Part shown: positions 38,924 through 51,356 of the stretch, one piece after another
How the letters are laid out: each line of letters begins with the position of its first letter
Position numbering within the stretch: position 1 is the first letter of the stretch
DNA from: Chiloscyllium plagiosum
Lineage: Eukaryota
NCBI RefSeq assembly: GCF_004010195.1
Contig: NC_057718.1
Location: forward strand, 11,093,307-11,148,018
Length of the DNA stretch: 54,712 nt
Direction: 5' to 3'
Notes under the pieces: model-generated
What the model was told of the DNA's origin: nothing
Databases searched by the model: none
Seen by the model: only the letters and a program-made list of their open reading frames with translations
Position numbers and translations under genes: made by a program

Positions 38924-39506
38924 ATTTTGAAGAGTGTCCACATGGGTTTCCTCCCGCAGTCTAAAAGGAGAGAGGGGTCAGTGGATTGGCTATACTAGAT
39001 TGCCCAGAAGTGTCCAGGGATGTGCAGGACAACTGTTTGCCTTGGGAAATGCAGGGATAGGGTCAGAGTCAGATAATGCAGGACTTGGACCAAATAACCT
39101 GTTTCCACACAATGGGGATTCTGATGCAGAGTACTGTGATAGTCATCCTTACACTTTCTCCAGGCGAGAATCAGTCATTGGTTACAATTCAGCAATATCT
39201 TACACTGGGGAGCCCATCCCCACCAGAAGTTATATGACCCAAAAGAACATCTAGTGGATGGGAGTGAGGGGAGAAAAATGATGGAGGAACAAGGATGCAG
39301 AGGAGAGAATGGCCCATTACAGTCAAGATCTATCGGGGACCATCTAGATCCTCTACACAAAGTGGCCACTCAAGGGAGTCATCTTGTAGATCCGTGCAGA
39401 TGGGTAACAAAAAGGAAAGGGTGTTAGTCATTAACTTTTTCAAAGACTAGACATCCACAAAGCTTGATGTTAGTTATCCGAGACGGAGTCAAAGTGCTTC
39501 ATGTTA

Positions 39507-39638
<132 letters not shown>

Positions 39639-39690
39639 TTACCCCCGGAAGGGAGAGAGACTGGAGCCAACGGAGCAGAAAAACTCTTAC

Positions 39691-39746
39691 CGGTATCTTC
39701 TGGGGATATTTGGACCGAATGAACGTGGACTCCTCTTTCCTTGCAG
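39691..39746 (-). CDS. MAP1LC3C: MAP1LC3C-like exon 2: (A)ARKEESTFIRSKYPQKIP
   Basis: Acceptor tttaaacag|, donor CCG|gtaaga, 56 nt; R.EE...IR.K.P.KIP motif. Confidence 0.92.
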
Positions 39747-39846
39747 CTGTTTAAAAGGAGAGGAAATTAGAAAATAAAATCACGCCTTTGAACTTTTTTT
39801 TTTGGAAAAGAAAAATCATACTTTTTTTTTGAAAAAAGTTACTGAC

Positions 39847-39895
39847 CAAACGCCTTTCGATGTTTGAAGCGTTGAGTTCGGTGCACGACTGCCAT
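39847..39895 (-). CDS. MAP1LC3C: MAP1LC3C-like exon 1 coding part: MAVVHRTQRFKHRKAF
   Basis: Strong Kozak context (aatATGG), FK.RK motif of the LC3 N-terminus, donor G|gtcagt. The four exons total 462 nt = 153 aa plus stop. Confidence 0.88.
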
Positions 39896-39899
39896 ATTC

Positions 39900-40135
39900 C
39901 AGTCCCCAGATCTTCCAACCGATCTCCCGGCTCGTAATTATTTTTTCCTTCAGAAAAGTAAGAGTTTCGGTTATCGGTACACTCAGGAACCGATTAATCC
40001 GAACCTGGCATGGATATCTAAGTAGCTACCACAGCTGTGGCTTATCCTACAAAACTGCAGAGTTCTCTATATAAAGAGAGAGATTGGTATTGATTCCAAT
40101 TGATAGCCGACCACTTATATAAAGATTGGGATTAG
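39900..40135 (-). promoter_or_regulatory. Putative LC3C-like 5' UTR and core promoter
   Basis: Locally CpG-enriched; TATATA motifs (~40068 and ~40116) each paired with a minus-strand CCAAT (gattgg at ~40082 and ~40124). Confidence 0.4.
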
Positions 40136-40205
40136 TGTAGCAATCTTTAAACAGAAACAGCTGTAAGACCTAGTCCAGGTAACCAAATAGAGATTGCCCC
40201 CTTCA

Positions 40206-40592
40206 GGGAGAGGTGGGCGCCGCAGGGAGTGGAGTGCACTATTTCCCCCTCCAACTCTATTTTGATTTAGTCCCTACCCTCCACTGTTTGATCACACAGC
40301 ACTGTCCTTTGATGTGAAGGACAGTGTTTGTCACTGGCCACCCCGGTGTTTTCCTGTCTTCCTGGTGGTGGAATTTGAATAAAGATTGGTGCACTTTGTG
40401 TCTTCCACTGTGTCTCACACCTGCACACACACACCATGGGTGCTGGGGAAAAAATAAGCACTACCGCACTTAGGTGGTAGCGTGGGGGTTAAATTAAAGA
40501 AAAAAAGAAAAAAAATCTAAAAACTGATAAAAAAAATAAACAGGGGGCGAAAATAAGCACAACCGCACTTAGGTGGTAGTGTGGGGGAAAAA
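40206..40592 (+). mobile_element. 5'-truncated Tx1/L1-clade non-LTR retrotransposon 3' end
   Basis: Encodes ERWAPQGVECTISPSNSILI*, a Tx1-like ORF2 C-terminus by recall; AATAAA and A-rich tail; 21-bp TSD aaatagag(a/c)ttgcccc(c/t)ttca at 40185-40205 and 40593-40613. Confidence 0.75.
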
Positions 40593-40831
40593 AAATAGAG
40601 CTTGCCCCTTTCAATTGCCAATCAGGAAAGTTGTCTCTGTTAGCAGTCAAAAGTAATTTAGCAAATTATCCACAAAACAAAGGGAACTGTAACTATTATT
40701 TCCGCTGTTTACAATATATGAAGGTCATTCAGGGCTGTGGGTGTAATCCTTTAAAAAAGTGGAGTCGTCGTAGTTCTACCAGGCTATAGGGTTGCTGTCT
40801 CATAAGAGTGGTGCTGGCGCATCATTCTGCA

Positions 40832-41175
40832 TCATAGAATGCCTAAAGTGTGGAAACAGGCAATTTGGCCCATTGATTCCACACTGACCCTCCGAGCAGC
40901 ATGCTGCCCAGGTTCATGCCCTCCCCATTCCTGTAAGCTTCCATTTTCCATGGAGAGTCCATCTGGCCTGCACATCCCTGGACACTGTGGGCAATTTAGC
41001 ATGGCCAATTCAGCCAATTTTCACATCTTTGGACTGTGTGAGGAAACCGGAGCACCCAGTGGAAACCCACACAGACACTGGGAGAAATGTGCAAACTCCA
41101 CACAGTCGTTCGAGGGTAGAATCAAATCCAGTTCCCTGGTGACCACTGTGCTAACCACTGAGCCACTGTGCTGCC
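40832..41175 (-). mobile_element. V-SINE (HE1-like)
   Basis: Reverse complement of the tRNA head (gctaaccactgagccac) and V-domain (tgtgcaaactccacacag). Confidence 0.85.
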
Positions 41176-41251
41176 CTTTGTAAGGGAGAGTTTGAGAAGG
41201 ACAGTTTTTTTCATAATAACCTCCATTGGAGTGGGAATTGAACTCATGCTC

Positions 41252-41555
41252 TTAGATTAGATTACTTACAGTGTGGAAACAGGCCCTTTGGCCCAACAAG
41301 ACCACACTGACCCGTCGAAGTGCAACCCACCCAGACCCATTCCCCTACATTTACCCTTTCACCTAACACTACGGGCAATTTAGCATGGCCAATTCACCTA
41401 ACCTGCACATGTTTGGACTGTGGGAGGAAACCAGAGCACCCGGAGGAAACCCACGCAGACACGGGGAGAATGTGCAAACTCCACACGGACAGTCAACTGA
41501 GGCGGGAATTGAACCCAGGTCTCTGGCGCGGTGAGACACTCTGCCACCGTGCCGC
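41252..41555 (-). mobile_element. V-SINE (HE1-like)
   Basis: Close relative of the copy at 15449-15736, in reverse orientation; ttaga-repeat tail. Confidence 0.9.
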
Positions 41556-42267
41556 ACTGTGCTCTTGGTGTATGGTAAACCAGCTTCCAGCCGACTGAGC
41601 TAGCTGACCCTCAGTGGCAGTGTCCTTATTCTGAGCTGGAAGACCCGAGTCCAGAAGTCTGAGCAGAGAGGGTCTGTATCCTAGCCACTTTCACCGTTAC
41701 AATGTTTCATTGAACTGGTGACACAATAGATTGAAGATTCAATTTTGCATCGTGCCCCCCACTTGTCTCTTCAATTAAGATATTGCTAATGCAATGTTAA
41801 AGTTAGCATACTGCTCTCTCATTCGGGAGGGATGTTTGATGGTGTATTAACCTGATAGTCACCTGATAAGGGGAAAGATTGGGAAGAGGAGTCTTTCATG
41901 GTAAGCTCAGCTGGTGTAGGAATTGAACCCATGCTGCTAGCATCCCTTTGTCCTGCAAGCCAGTTGTCTGAGCTAGCTAACCACCACCCCCTCCCGTTAA
42001 TACAATACTAAGCAGAGAAATCAAATTAAACCATATGCTTGATAAGCAACAAATTAAACCATATGCCCTTGATTTGTGGAAGATTGTTGTGCACATATTC
42101 ACTGCCCCATTCTCTACATTACAACTTCCAAAGTCCCTGATTGTAAAACACTTTAGGATGTGTGGATGTTGTGAAAGGTGTTATTATCAATGTAAATCAT
42201 TCTGTGTTGACTTGTTTAATTAAAAAGTACTAATTGGGTCAACTAGAATGTTATGTTTTCCTGGACT

Positions 42268-42293
42268 TGAGAGAGAGAGAGAGAGAGAGAGAG
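42268..42293. repeat. (GA)n microsatellite
   Basis: Directly visible. Confidence 0.9.
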
Positions 42294-44470
42294 AATAGGA
42301 GATAAAAGCAAAATACTACAGTTGCTGGAAATCTGAAACAAAAACAGAAAGTACTGGAGAAACTCAGCAGGTCCAGCAACATCTGTGGAGGGAGAAACAG
42401 AGTTGATATCTCAAGTCCAGTATGACTTTCCTTCAGGATATGAAAATTATGATTTATGCAAGATCTCAAATCACTGAGTATACAAATGCTGAATTTAGTT
42501 ACGTTTACCTGGGGTAATGATGCAATTGAATCCCAAAGACTTTCAATTAGAAGGCAAATTAATCACATTCTCCTATCCCGGTCATTCTACAGTCACAACT
42601 GTAGCGTACGGTACCGTCATAGGTAACCTGTGGTGGAATAGGCAACCACTTAATATCTTCCCAAGCACCTTGGGACAGTTTACAATAACACGGCTGCTGT
42701 ATAAATTCAGGAGATGACAGATAGGAGCAATTAGTTGAGAAGAAAAGTAAATTAAATGTTAAAGTGGTGCTTTGAGACTGGGGTAAAGAAAAAAACTTGC
42801 TAAAAGGCCACCAGGTGGCAGTATATTATCATGTTTACTTTAGGATCAGGACTGAGCTGTATGGGAGTGATGCTGTGGTATTGGAGGGCCAAATCAGAGA
42901 TTGAGATGGACTCTTACGGAATGATTCCTTATGTATTGGGGAGAGACTGAAATTTTAATCTCATTTGTATTAAGGCAGCTAATTTTGGTAATACAAAGGT
43001 CCCTGTCTCATAGAAGAAAGGAACAACAGTAGGCCATTCAGCCCCTCGAGCTGGCTCTGCTATTGAATATGAGCATTAATGATTATCCGACTCAGTACCT
43101 TGTTCCTACTTTGTCCCAAAATCTTTCCATCCCTTTAGCCCTAAGACCTATAGCGACCTCCTCCTTGAAAACATTCAATGTTTTGGCCTCAACTGCTTTC
43201 TGTGGCAGAGTGTTCCTCCATCTGGGTGAAGACATTTCTCCTCATCTCTGTCCTAAATGGTCCACCCTGTATTCTTAGATAGTGAGCCCAGCTCTGGACT
43301 CCCAGGTCACCAGGGACACCCTTCCTACGTTTACTCTGTTGGAATTTTATAGGTTTCTATGAGATTCCCCTCTCATTCTTATAAATTCCTCTCCTCACAA
43401 GTAGGTTCAGTACAAGATAATAAGCAACATGACAAAAGAAACTAAAAGTTTTTCTTTAACATCAGTTGTTGTGTGGAATGTACTGCCATAAGGAGTGATA
43501 CAGACACAAACTTGTTTTATTTTGTTGTGGGCATCACTGGCTGGGCCAGCTTACTAGACTAACACCTGGAATAGATGCTGGTTGCCTACTGAGGAATCAT
43601 CTTACAGGCTTGTAACCATTGGAGGTGAAAGGAATAAGAGGTGACTTTATTGAAACATACACGATCCTAAGGCGACTTGACGATGTCTATATGGAGGGTA
43701 TGGGATGTTTGTTCTTGTTGGACAAACTAGAACGAGGATCCTATGTTTAAAAATAAAGAGTTGTCCTTTTAAGGCAAAGGTGACTTTTTTTTCTCATGCA
43801 GCCTTATGAGATTTTTGGAACTCTCAACCTCAAAACGTGACAGAGGCAGAATCTTTAAACCCTGACAGAATCGGAGAGATTCTTGACATTAAGTTAGACG
43901 GGAAGTGAAAGGCTATCGGAGAGAGTGGAAATGGGGAGTAATCAGATTAGCCACCACCTTACTGAATGGCGGAATAGAGTCAAGGGGCTGAATGGCCTCC
44001 TTCTGTTACTGATTGTTCTGTATTTACATACGCATGTTCCCAATGTGCTGTCCAATTTTGACCCAGTAACTGTCAAAAGGGAATGAGATAGATGCCTGAA
44101 TTGGAGAAAGTCGCAAGGCTATGAAGGAAGAGCTGGGAAATTGGAGCGGGTGGTTACTTTATCAGAGAGGTGACAGAGGCTGAATGACTTCCATCTCTCC
44201 TGAAAAGTCCTAGAAAGTTGGACCTCCTTTGGCTGTTTAATGTGACCTTTCCACTAAATCAGGATTCAACGTTTCTCCGAGCCATTTCGAGACAGGGTCA
44301 AGATCAGGTCAGTCAGATTGTTCAGTCAGATTGGTATTGTTCAGTTGTCACAAACAGACAGCTATCAGGGCCTACACCAGAGACTGAGCAGAGCCTGTGC
44401 TTAGGGAATTCCAAATGAGTAGAAAAGCAATGTGGAGTTTAACCAGTTATAACCATGGCTCCTGGTGCAG

Positions 44471-44637
44471 TCATAGAGTCATAGAGATGTACAGCATGGA
44501 AACAGACCCTTCGGTCCAACCCGTCCATGCCGACCAGATATCCCAACCCAATCTAGTCCCACCTGCCAGCACCCGGCCCATATCCCTCTAAACCCTTCCT
44601 ATTCATATACCCATCCAAATGCCTCTTAAATGTTGCT
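44471..44637 (-). mobile_element. Short HER1/CR1 3' end
   Basis: Reverse-complement match to 1-222. Confidence 0.85.
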
Positions 44638-46072
44638 AATAACTCTCTTCCTCTCCATCACTGTCTCTCTCTGTCTGTCTGTCTCTCTCTGTATGTCTGT
44701 CTGTCTCTCTCTCTCTCTCCTGCTTTAAGATATTTCTTAAATCTTACTTCTTTAATCAAGCCATTGGTCAGTGTGTTCTTACGTCCTTTGATGTCAAGCC
44801 TTTTGTTTTATAATGATCCTGTGTTACATCTTGGGAATGTCTACAACGTTCAAGATGCTATATAAATGCAAGATGTTATGCCCCATCTGAGCTGATGACA
44901 GGGAGGGGAGCAATAAGGAGAGTACAGGTAGCCTCAGTACCCTGAGGTCATTAGACGTACATCACCGGGGTTGATAATTCATGAAGCCTCTCCTGTGATC
45001 AAACTCTGTCTATCTGGGTGAACCGCCATTTTGGGGTATTTAGAAATGGAGGTGGCAAAGGTGCACAGGGGGTTTCAACCCTCACCTCAGTGTGACGATC
45101 CCTGTCGGTGGGTGACCACCACATGGGGACAGGCCCCGACTTGACTCCAAACCCATTCAGAGAGCTGTGATGACAATCAAATTCCTAGCAACTGCGCCCC
45201 TCCCCCTACCACTACCCCTACCCCTCCCCCAACCCTTCGACTGGTCTCAGCCTCACACTAGAAAGCAAATAAAGAGATCATGCCTTGAGGCAGGGGACAA
45301 GAAAATCCCAGGAAAATGAAATTGAAACTGGAAGACATGGAATGATTTGTTTTTTAAGTGAATCCTGGCTGGAATCTAAGCACCTTCGTTGTCCCTCGAA
45401 CTGTGTGCCTCGTTTGGCCATTTCCAAGGACAGTTTAGGAGTCAACCACATTGCTGTGGGTTTGGAGGCACATGTGGCCAGATCAAGTCTGGATGGCAGA
45501 TTTCCGTCCCTAAGGGACATTAATGAGTCAGATGGGTGTTTAAACAACAAAGTTAAGACAGTAGTTTCACATTGCTAAGGTTAACTTTAAAACAATCAAC
45601 TGAACTTAAGTTCCATGAGGTGCTGTGGGATTCAAACCTACAACCCCAGGACATTATCCTGACCTTCTGGATTCCTAGTCCAGAGACACTATCATTATCC
45701 CACCATCTCCCCTGGGAGCTGATGAAGGAGCAGCATTCTCAAAGCTAGTGTTTCCAAATAAACCTGTTGGACTATAACCTGGTGTTGTGTGATTTTTTTA
45801 ACTTAATTATATTGAGTGGCAGAGCAGGTACAAAGGGCCAATTGGCCAACTGCTGCTTCAAATTTGTACATTTCTGTGTCTCAAGTCACCGTGCAGAAAC
45901 TGTTAATATGTTGCAGCTTGGATATTATTGAAATCTTTTAACCGCAGCTCAGTAGCAGCTCCAGCAAATGTTTTATTAACCATGGGACCAGGAGTGTGCC
46001 AGTTGATCAAATATCATGGATAATCGAGAGCACGTGTAATCGCTGTAAACCCTGACCAAGCAAAGTTTTGAG

Positions 46073-46570
46073 ATAGAGTCATAGACATGTACAGCATGGA
46101 AAAAGACCCTTCGGCCCCCAACTTGTCCATGCTGATCAGATATCCCAACCCAATCTAGTCCCACCTGCCAGCACCCGGCCCACATCCTTCCAAACCCTTC
46201 CTATTCATATACCCATCCAGATGCCTTTTAAATGTTGCAGTTGAACCAGCTTCCACCACATCCTCTGGCAGCTCATTCCATAAATGTACCACCCTCTGTG
46301 TGAAAAAGTTGTCTCTTAGGTCTCTTTTATATCTTTCCCCTCTCACCCTAAACCTATGCCCTCTAGTTCTGGACTCCCTGACACCAGGGAAAAGACTTTG
46401 TCTATTTATCCTATCCATGCCCCTCATGATTTTATAAACCTCTATAAGGTCACCCTCAGTCTCCCGGTGCTCCAGGGAAAACAGCCCCAGCCTATTCAGC
46501 CTCTCCCTATAGCTCAAACCCTGGCAACATCCTTGTAAATCTTGTCTGAACCCTTTCAAGTTTCACAACA
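46073..46570 (-). mobile_element. HER1/CR1 LINE 3' fragment
   Basis: ORF 46155-46559: LSYRERLNRLGLFSLE...DLIEVYKIMRG...NFFTQRVVHLWNELP. Confidence 0.9.
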
Positions 46571-46578
46571 TCTTTGCG

Positions 46579-46855
46579 TGGTGGCTCAGTGGTTAGCACT
46601 GCTGCCTCACAGTGCCAGGGTCCTGGGTTCGATTCCTGCCTGTCTGTGTGGGTTTCCTCCGGTTTCCTCCCACAATCCAAAGATGTGCAGGGCAGGTGAA
46701 TTGGCCACGCTAAATTGCCCACAGTGTTAGGTGCGTTCGCCAGGGGTAAATGTAGGGTAGGGGAATGGGTTTTGGTGGGTTTCTCTTCAGAGGGGCGGTG
46801 TGGACTTGTTGGGCCGAAGGGCCTGTTTCCACACTGTAGAGAATCTAATCTAATC
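46579..46855 (+). mobile_element. V-SINE (HE1-like) nested in the CR1 fragment
   Basis: gtggctcagtggttagcactgctgcctcacag...gggttcgattcc head and aatct-repeat tail. Confidence 0.88.
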
Positions 46856-47574
46856 TTTCCGATAGGAAGAAGACCAAAATTGCACGCAATATTCTAACAG
46901 TGACCTAACCAATGTCCTGTATATCAACATCCCTCAAAAAAATCTTTGTGGAAACATCAACACATCTCCTAAAATAAATGTAAAAACATGTGGTAGATAA
47001 TAGAAAAGTAATGCGGGGTGGAGGGGCGTTGTGTACTTCACATTTATTTACAGTATAAATACTTGGACATTGTGATATTATGGTTTGTTTGCGGGTTTAT
47101 CAAGAGTACTGATTGATTGGCATTGACTGGCATCTTGCTGGTTAAAACAAAGTTTGCTGTATCGGTAGGTCTTGGGGTCAAGCCCCTGATCAGAAATATG
47201 AGAGTGGAATCAGTGCTGACAATCCAATACTACACTGAAGGAATGCTAGACTGGTGGCAGAATAATCTCTCATGTGAAACTTCAAACTAACCTCTCAGCT
47301 GAGTGGATGGAATCCCGAGGCACTACATCTGAAAACAAAAACATACGCCACAGTACCTTGACTGCTATTTATCAATCAACCGATAATCTGGCTGTTGCAT
47401 TACTTTTGTGGGATCTTGCTGTGTGCAAACAGGCTGCCGCATTCCACTGCCTGCTGTTCAGAAGCATTCATTGGCTGTGAGGCACTTTAAGACTTCTTGA
47501 AGTTGGGAACGGCGCTATGTAAATGCAAGTTGTTCTTCTTTCTAAAACTCGGTTTCCAGGCCACTGCCCACATT

Positions 47575-47765
47575 GAAACACAAACTGAAATTGCTGGAGA
47601 AACCCAGCAGGTCTGGCAGCACCTGTGGCGAGAAGAAACAGAGTTAATGTTTCAGGTCCAATGAACTTTCTTCGGACTCAAAATGTTAACTGTGATTTCT
47701 CTCTACAGATGCTGCCAGAGCTGCTGAGTTTCTCTAGCACTTTCTGTTTTTGATTCAGACTTCCA
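47575..47765. repeat. Short palindromic PLE-derived repeat (related copies near 14030, 42305, 48020 and 51430)
   Basis: tgctggagaaacccagcaggtctggcagcacctgt is matched by inverted acagatgctgccagagctgctgagtttctctagca. Confidence 0.65.
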
Positions 47766-48127
47766 AGGTGGAGAGTTCTTTATTGTATTTACATTACAGA
47801 TTCTGATTCCTGGCAAACATCCCCCTAATTCTCACAAAAAAACTCAATGTTTAGAAGAAATTCTATAGGAATAGTTGACGTGGAGGACAGCTGAGAGATT
47901 TGAGAGAGGTGGGAGACAGGGTCGAAGGTAAGGGGCTTGTGATTCTCCAGTGTGAGGTACACGAATAACCCAGGCCAGTATTTGCTCAGTAACATCCTGA
48001 TAGAGAGTTCCCAGACTGGAGACATTAACTCTGTTTCTCTCTCCACAGATGCTATCAGACATGCTGAGTTTCTCCAGCACTTTCTGTTTTGATTTCATCA
48101 GCAGTATTTTGCTTTGTTGTCACTTTT

Positions 48128-48435
48128 AGAGTCATAGGGATGTACAACATGGAAACAGACCCTTCAGTCCAACCCGTCCATGCCAACCAGATATCCCAAC
48201 CCAAACTAGTCCCATCTGCCAGCACCAGGCCCATATCCCTCCAAACCCTTCCTATTCATATACCCATCCAAATGCCTCTTAAATGTTGAAATTGTACCAG
48301 CCTCCACCACTTCCTCTGGCAGCTCATTCCCAGGGAAGAGACTTTGTCTATTTACCCTATCCATGCCCCCTCATGATTGTATAAACCACTATAAGGTCAC
48401 TCCTCAGCCTTCAACGTTCCAGGGAAAACAGCCCT
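48128..48435 (-). mobile_element. HER1/CR1 3' fragment with an internal deletion
   Basis: Matches 46073-46570. Confidence 0.85.
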
Positions 48436-48675
48436 CACGAAATTTTGTGCATGGAGAATTGATATAGTGTGACCATGGGAAATGATAGCAGAAGTAGGCC
48501 ATTCGGGCATTGAAACTAACTCTGTGAATCAATAAGATCACAGCTGATCTGACGATAGTCTCAACTCTCTCACCTGCTCTGATACCGCCTCCCCCGCCCA
48601 CCGAATTTCTTGTCAATCAAATAACCTTTCTCTCAGATTTGAATATATTCATGATCCAACTTCCGCTGATTCTGG

Positions 48676-48892
48676 ATTAGTGGTGCTGGAAGAGCACAGC
48701 AATTCAGGCAGCATCCGACGAGCAGCAAAATTGACGTTTCGGGCAAAAGCCCTTCATCAGGAATAAAGGCAGTGAGCCTGAAGCATGGAGAGATAAGCTA
48801 GAGGAGGGTGGGGGTGGGGAGAAAGTAGCATAGAGTACAATGGGTGAGTGGGGGAGGGGATGAAGGTGATAGGTCAGGGAGGAGAGGGTGGA
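48676..48892 (-). mobile_element. Neptune-type PLE terminal (pLTR) fragment with a degenerate hammerhead
   Basis: Same family as 11050-11280; the minus strand reads CTGATGA-a-gggc(tttt)gccc-GAAACGTC. Confidence 0.82.
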
Positions 48893-50278
48893 GTCATCGT
48901 CATCAGTTCCTCCCCAATTCACTTCAGAAATTCCACTGGTCTTTTGCATATGCATCCTATTTAACATAGAAACACACACACGTTTAACTTACATGACATA
49001 CATATAACATATATATGCGACCTATTTAACATATATACACGCACACGTTTAACTTATATGGCATTATACATTTAAAATATATATGCATCCTATTTAACAC
49101 ATATATATATACACACACGTTTAAGTTATATGGAATCATTTTATTTATATATACATCCTGATTTTTATCCTATATATACACACACACACATTTATTATAT
49201 ATGGAATTATATATACAGTAATATGCACCCTATTTAGCATATACACATGTGTTTAACCTATATGGAATTATATGCATCCTATTTAACTTATTTGGAGATG
49301 TACATGAATTCTATTAAACATTAAGATAAAAATATATACCCCAATGAACTTATATGGAGAGATAAATAAAAACACATTTCATTTAACATATGGAGATATT
49401 ATAGGCGTATATAGGTATATATATGAAGATTCTGTCAGTGTTTATTTGACAGTGAAGGATGAGAGAATGTATCCCCCAGTTTGGAGGGCATCTTTAACCA
49501 CGTGGGAAGGGAAATTGCGGTCTCTAAAGAAGGAGGCAATCTGGTGTGTTCTATGGTAGAACTGGTCCTCCTGGGAGCAGATACTGCGGAGGCGGAGGAA
49601 TTGGGAATATGGGATGGCATTTTTGCAAGAGATAGGGTGGGAAGAGGTGTAAACAATTTCCCTTCCCACGTGGTTAAAGATGCCCTCCAGACTGGGGGAT
49701 ACATTCTCTCATCCTTCACTGTCAAATAAACACTGACAGAATCTTCATATATATACCTATATACGCCTATAATATCTCCATATGTTAAATGAAATGTGTT
49801 TTTATTTATCTCTCCATATAAGTTCATTGGGGTATATATTTTTATCTTAATGTTTAATAGAATTCATGTACATCTCCAAATAAGTTAAATAGGATGCATA
49901 TAATTCCATATAGGTTAAACACATGTGTATATGCTAAATAGGGTGCATATTACTGTATATATAATTCCATATATAATAAATGTGTGTGTGTGTATATATA
50001 GGATAAAAATCAGGATGTATATATAAATAAAATGATTCCATATAACTTAAACGTGTGTGTATATATATATGTGTTAAATAGGATGCATATATATTTTAAA
50101 TGTATAATGCCATATAAGTTAAACGTGTGCGTGTATATATGTTAAATAGGTCGCATATATATGTTATATGTATGTCATGTAAGTTAAACGTGTGTGTGTT
50201 TCTATGTTAAATAGGATGCATATGCAAAAGACCAGTGGAATTTCTGAAGTGAATTGGGGAGGAACTGATGACGATGAC
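48893..50278. repeat. Near-perfect 625-bp inverted repeat (48893-49517 and 49654-50278) with a 136-bp PLE-derived spacer
   Basis: The arms are reverse complements (identical ORF translations at 49344 + and 49827 -); one mismatch noticed (cagtttgg versus cagtctgg); they contain an AT-rich degenerate minisatellite. Confidence 0.95.
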
Positions 50279-50289
50279 AAGGTAAAGCG

Positions 50290-50430
50290 AGTGTCGCCAA
50301 TGAAAGGCTTCAGTGTGGTTTTGGGGGCGAGGCTAGGGTGGGGATCAGAGGGCTTGTATTGGATAGGAGGGCTGGAACTCAGATTGTCAGCCAGCACGTT
50401 GGAGGTGAAGTGATAAAAAGTTGTCGCTCT
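50290..50430 (+). promoter_or_regulatory. Putative DACT core promoter
   Basis: CCAAT (50297-50301), GC/GT boxes (ggggcg, gggtgggg), reverse CCAAT (50358-50362) and TATA-like GATAAAA (50412), all 150-270 nt upstream of the ATG. Confidence 0.45.
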
Positions 50431-50563
50431 GTTGCAGTGTGACTGTTGAATGTGAGTCCCTGTGTGTGTGAGAGTTGAGAAGTAGCCTTTCTCTGTCTGT
50501 CTGTGTGTGTCTCTCTCTCTGGGCAGTGAATCCGATCAGTTGTGCCTCTCAGGGGGCTGCAGG

Positions 50564-50809
50564 ATGCTGAGCAGGAGGTACCGGTCTGTCCCTGCACCTT
50601 CAGCCGCCTTTGACCGCTGCCGGGCCGGGGAGAGGCTGCAGGCTGCGCTGGCCGGGCTGCAGGAACTGAAGCTGCTGAAGGAGAAGCAGAGGGAGCTGGT
50701 GAAGGGGGCACTGGAGATGGAGAGTCCGACAGCAGCACTGGCCACTAGGCAGTGTATCACTGAGGAGGTGAAGTTGGAAGCGACCCTGAGCTGTCTAAAA
50801 GAGCAACTG
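50564..50809 (+). CDS. DACT2: Dapper/DACT family first coding exon, probably DACT2 (MLSRRYRSVPAPSAAFDRCRAGERLQAALAGLQELKLLKEKQRELVKGAL...EEVKLEATLSCLKEQL)
   Basis: DR.R.GERLQAALAGLQEL..L...Q..LV..AL and EE..LEATL..LK.QL are DACT N-terminal/leucine-zipper motifs; Kozak aggATG; phase-0 donor CTG|gtaagg. The DACT2 assignment rests on the MLSR N-terminus and short linker; exon 2 was not found in the window. Confidence 0.8.
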
Positions 50810-51107
50810 GTAAGGAATTGTCCTCAACAAAAGCCCAGTCTCTGCACCTGACAGCTGCTCGTTCCGAGGTTAACATTGTCCCAACTTTTCTCAACCTCAC
50901 CTGTCCTTGATCTCAGTTTTGTGAAGATTTTTAGCCTACACCTGAGGGGAAGGTAAATTTAATAAATCATGAAAAGTTATTGGTTTGGATGAGATGATGC
51001 GGAGAAGTTATTAGAAAACAATTAAATCAGCTCCAACTCCTGCAGGGTTTAGCTTTCACCAACCTGATGTGAATATGTTGTACCCTGTTCCTAACAGTCA
51101 TTATTGT

Positions 51108-51356
51108 TTAGATTAGATTAGGTTCCCTACAGCGTGGAAACAGACCCTCCGAAGAGCAACCCACCCAGGCCCATTTACCCCTGACTAATGCACCTAACAC
51201 AGAGCCAATTCACCTGACCTGCTCTTCTTTGGATTGTGGGAGGAAACCGGAGCACAGGGAGAATGTGCAAACTCCACACAGACAGTTGCCCCAGGCTGGA
51301 ATCGAACCTGGGTCTCTGCAGCTGTGAGGCAGCAGTGCTAACCACTGAGCCCGTGT
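51108..51356 (-). mobile_element. V-SINE (HE1-like), with internal deletions
   Basis: Reverse-complement tRNA head and V-domain; ttaga-repeat tail. Confidence 0.85.

Noticed and set aside
48722..48765. Other hammerhead-like cores (here, and at ~11110, 25523, 36280, 45719 and 51430)
   Set aside because: Stem I pairing or core residues are disrupted (e.g. GACAC for GAAAC, mismatch next to the cleavage site), so they are treated as decayed PLE ribozymes.
48893..49440. CRISPR-like repeat-spacer appearance of the AT-rich units
   Set aside because: Units are degenerate, low complexity and irregularly spaced, with no cas genes, in a vertebrate context.
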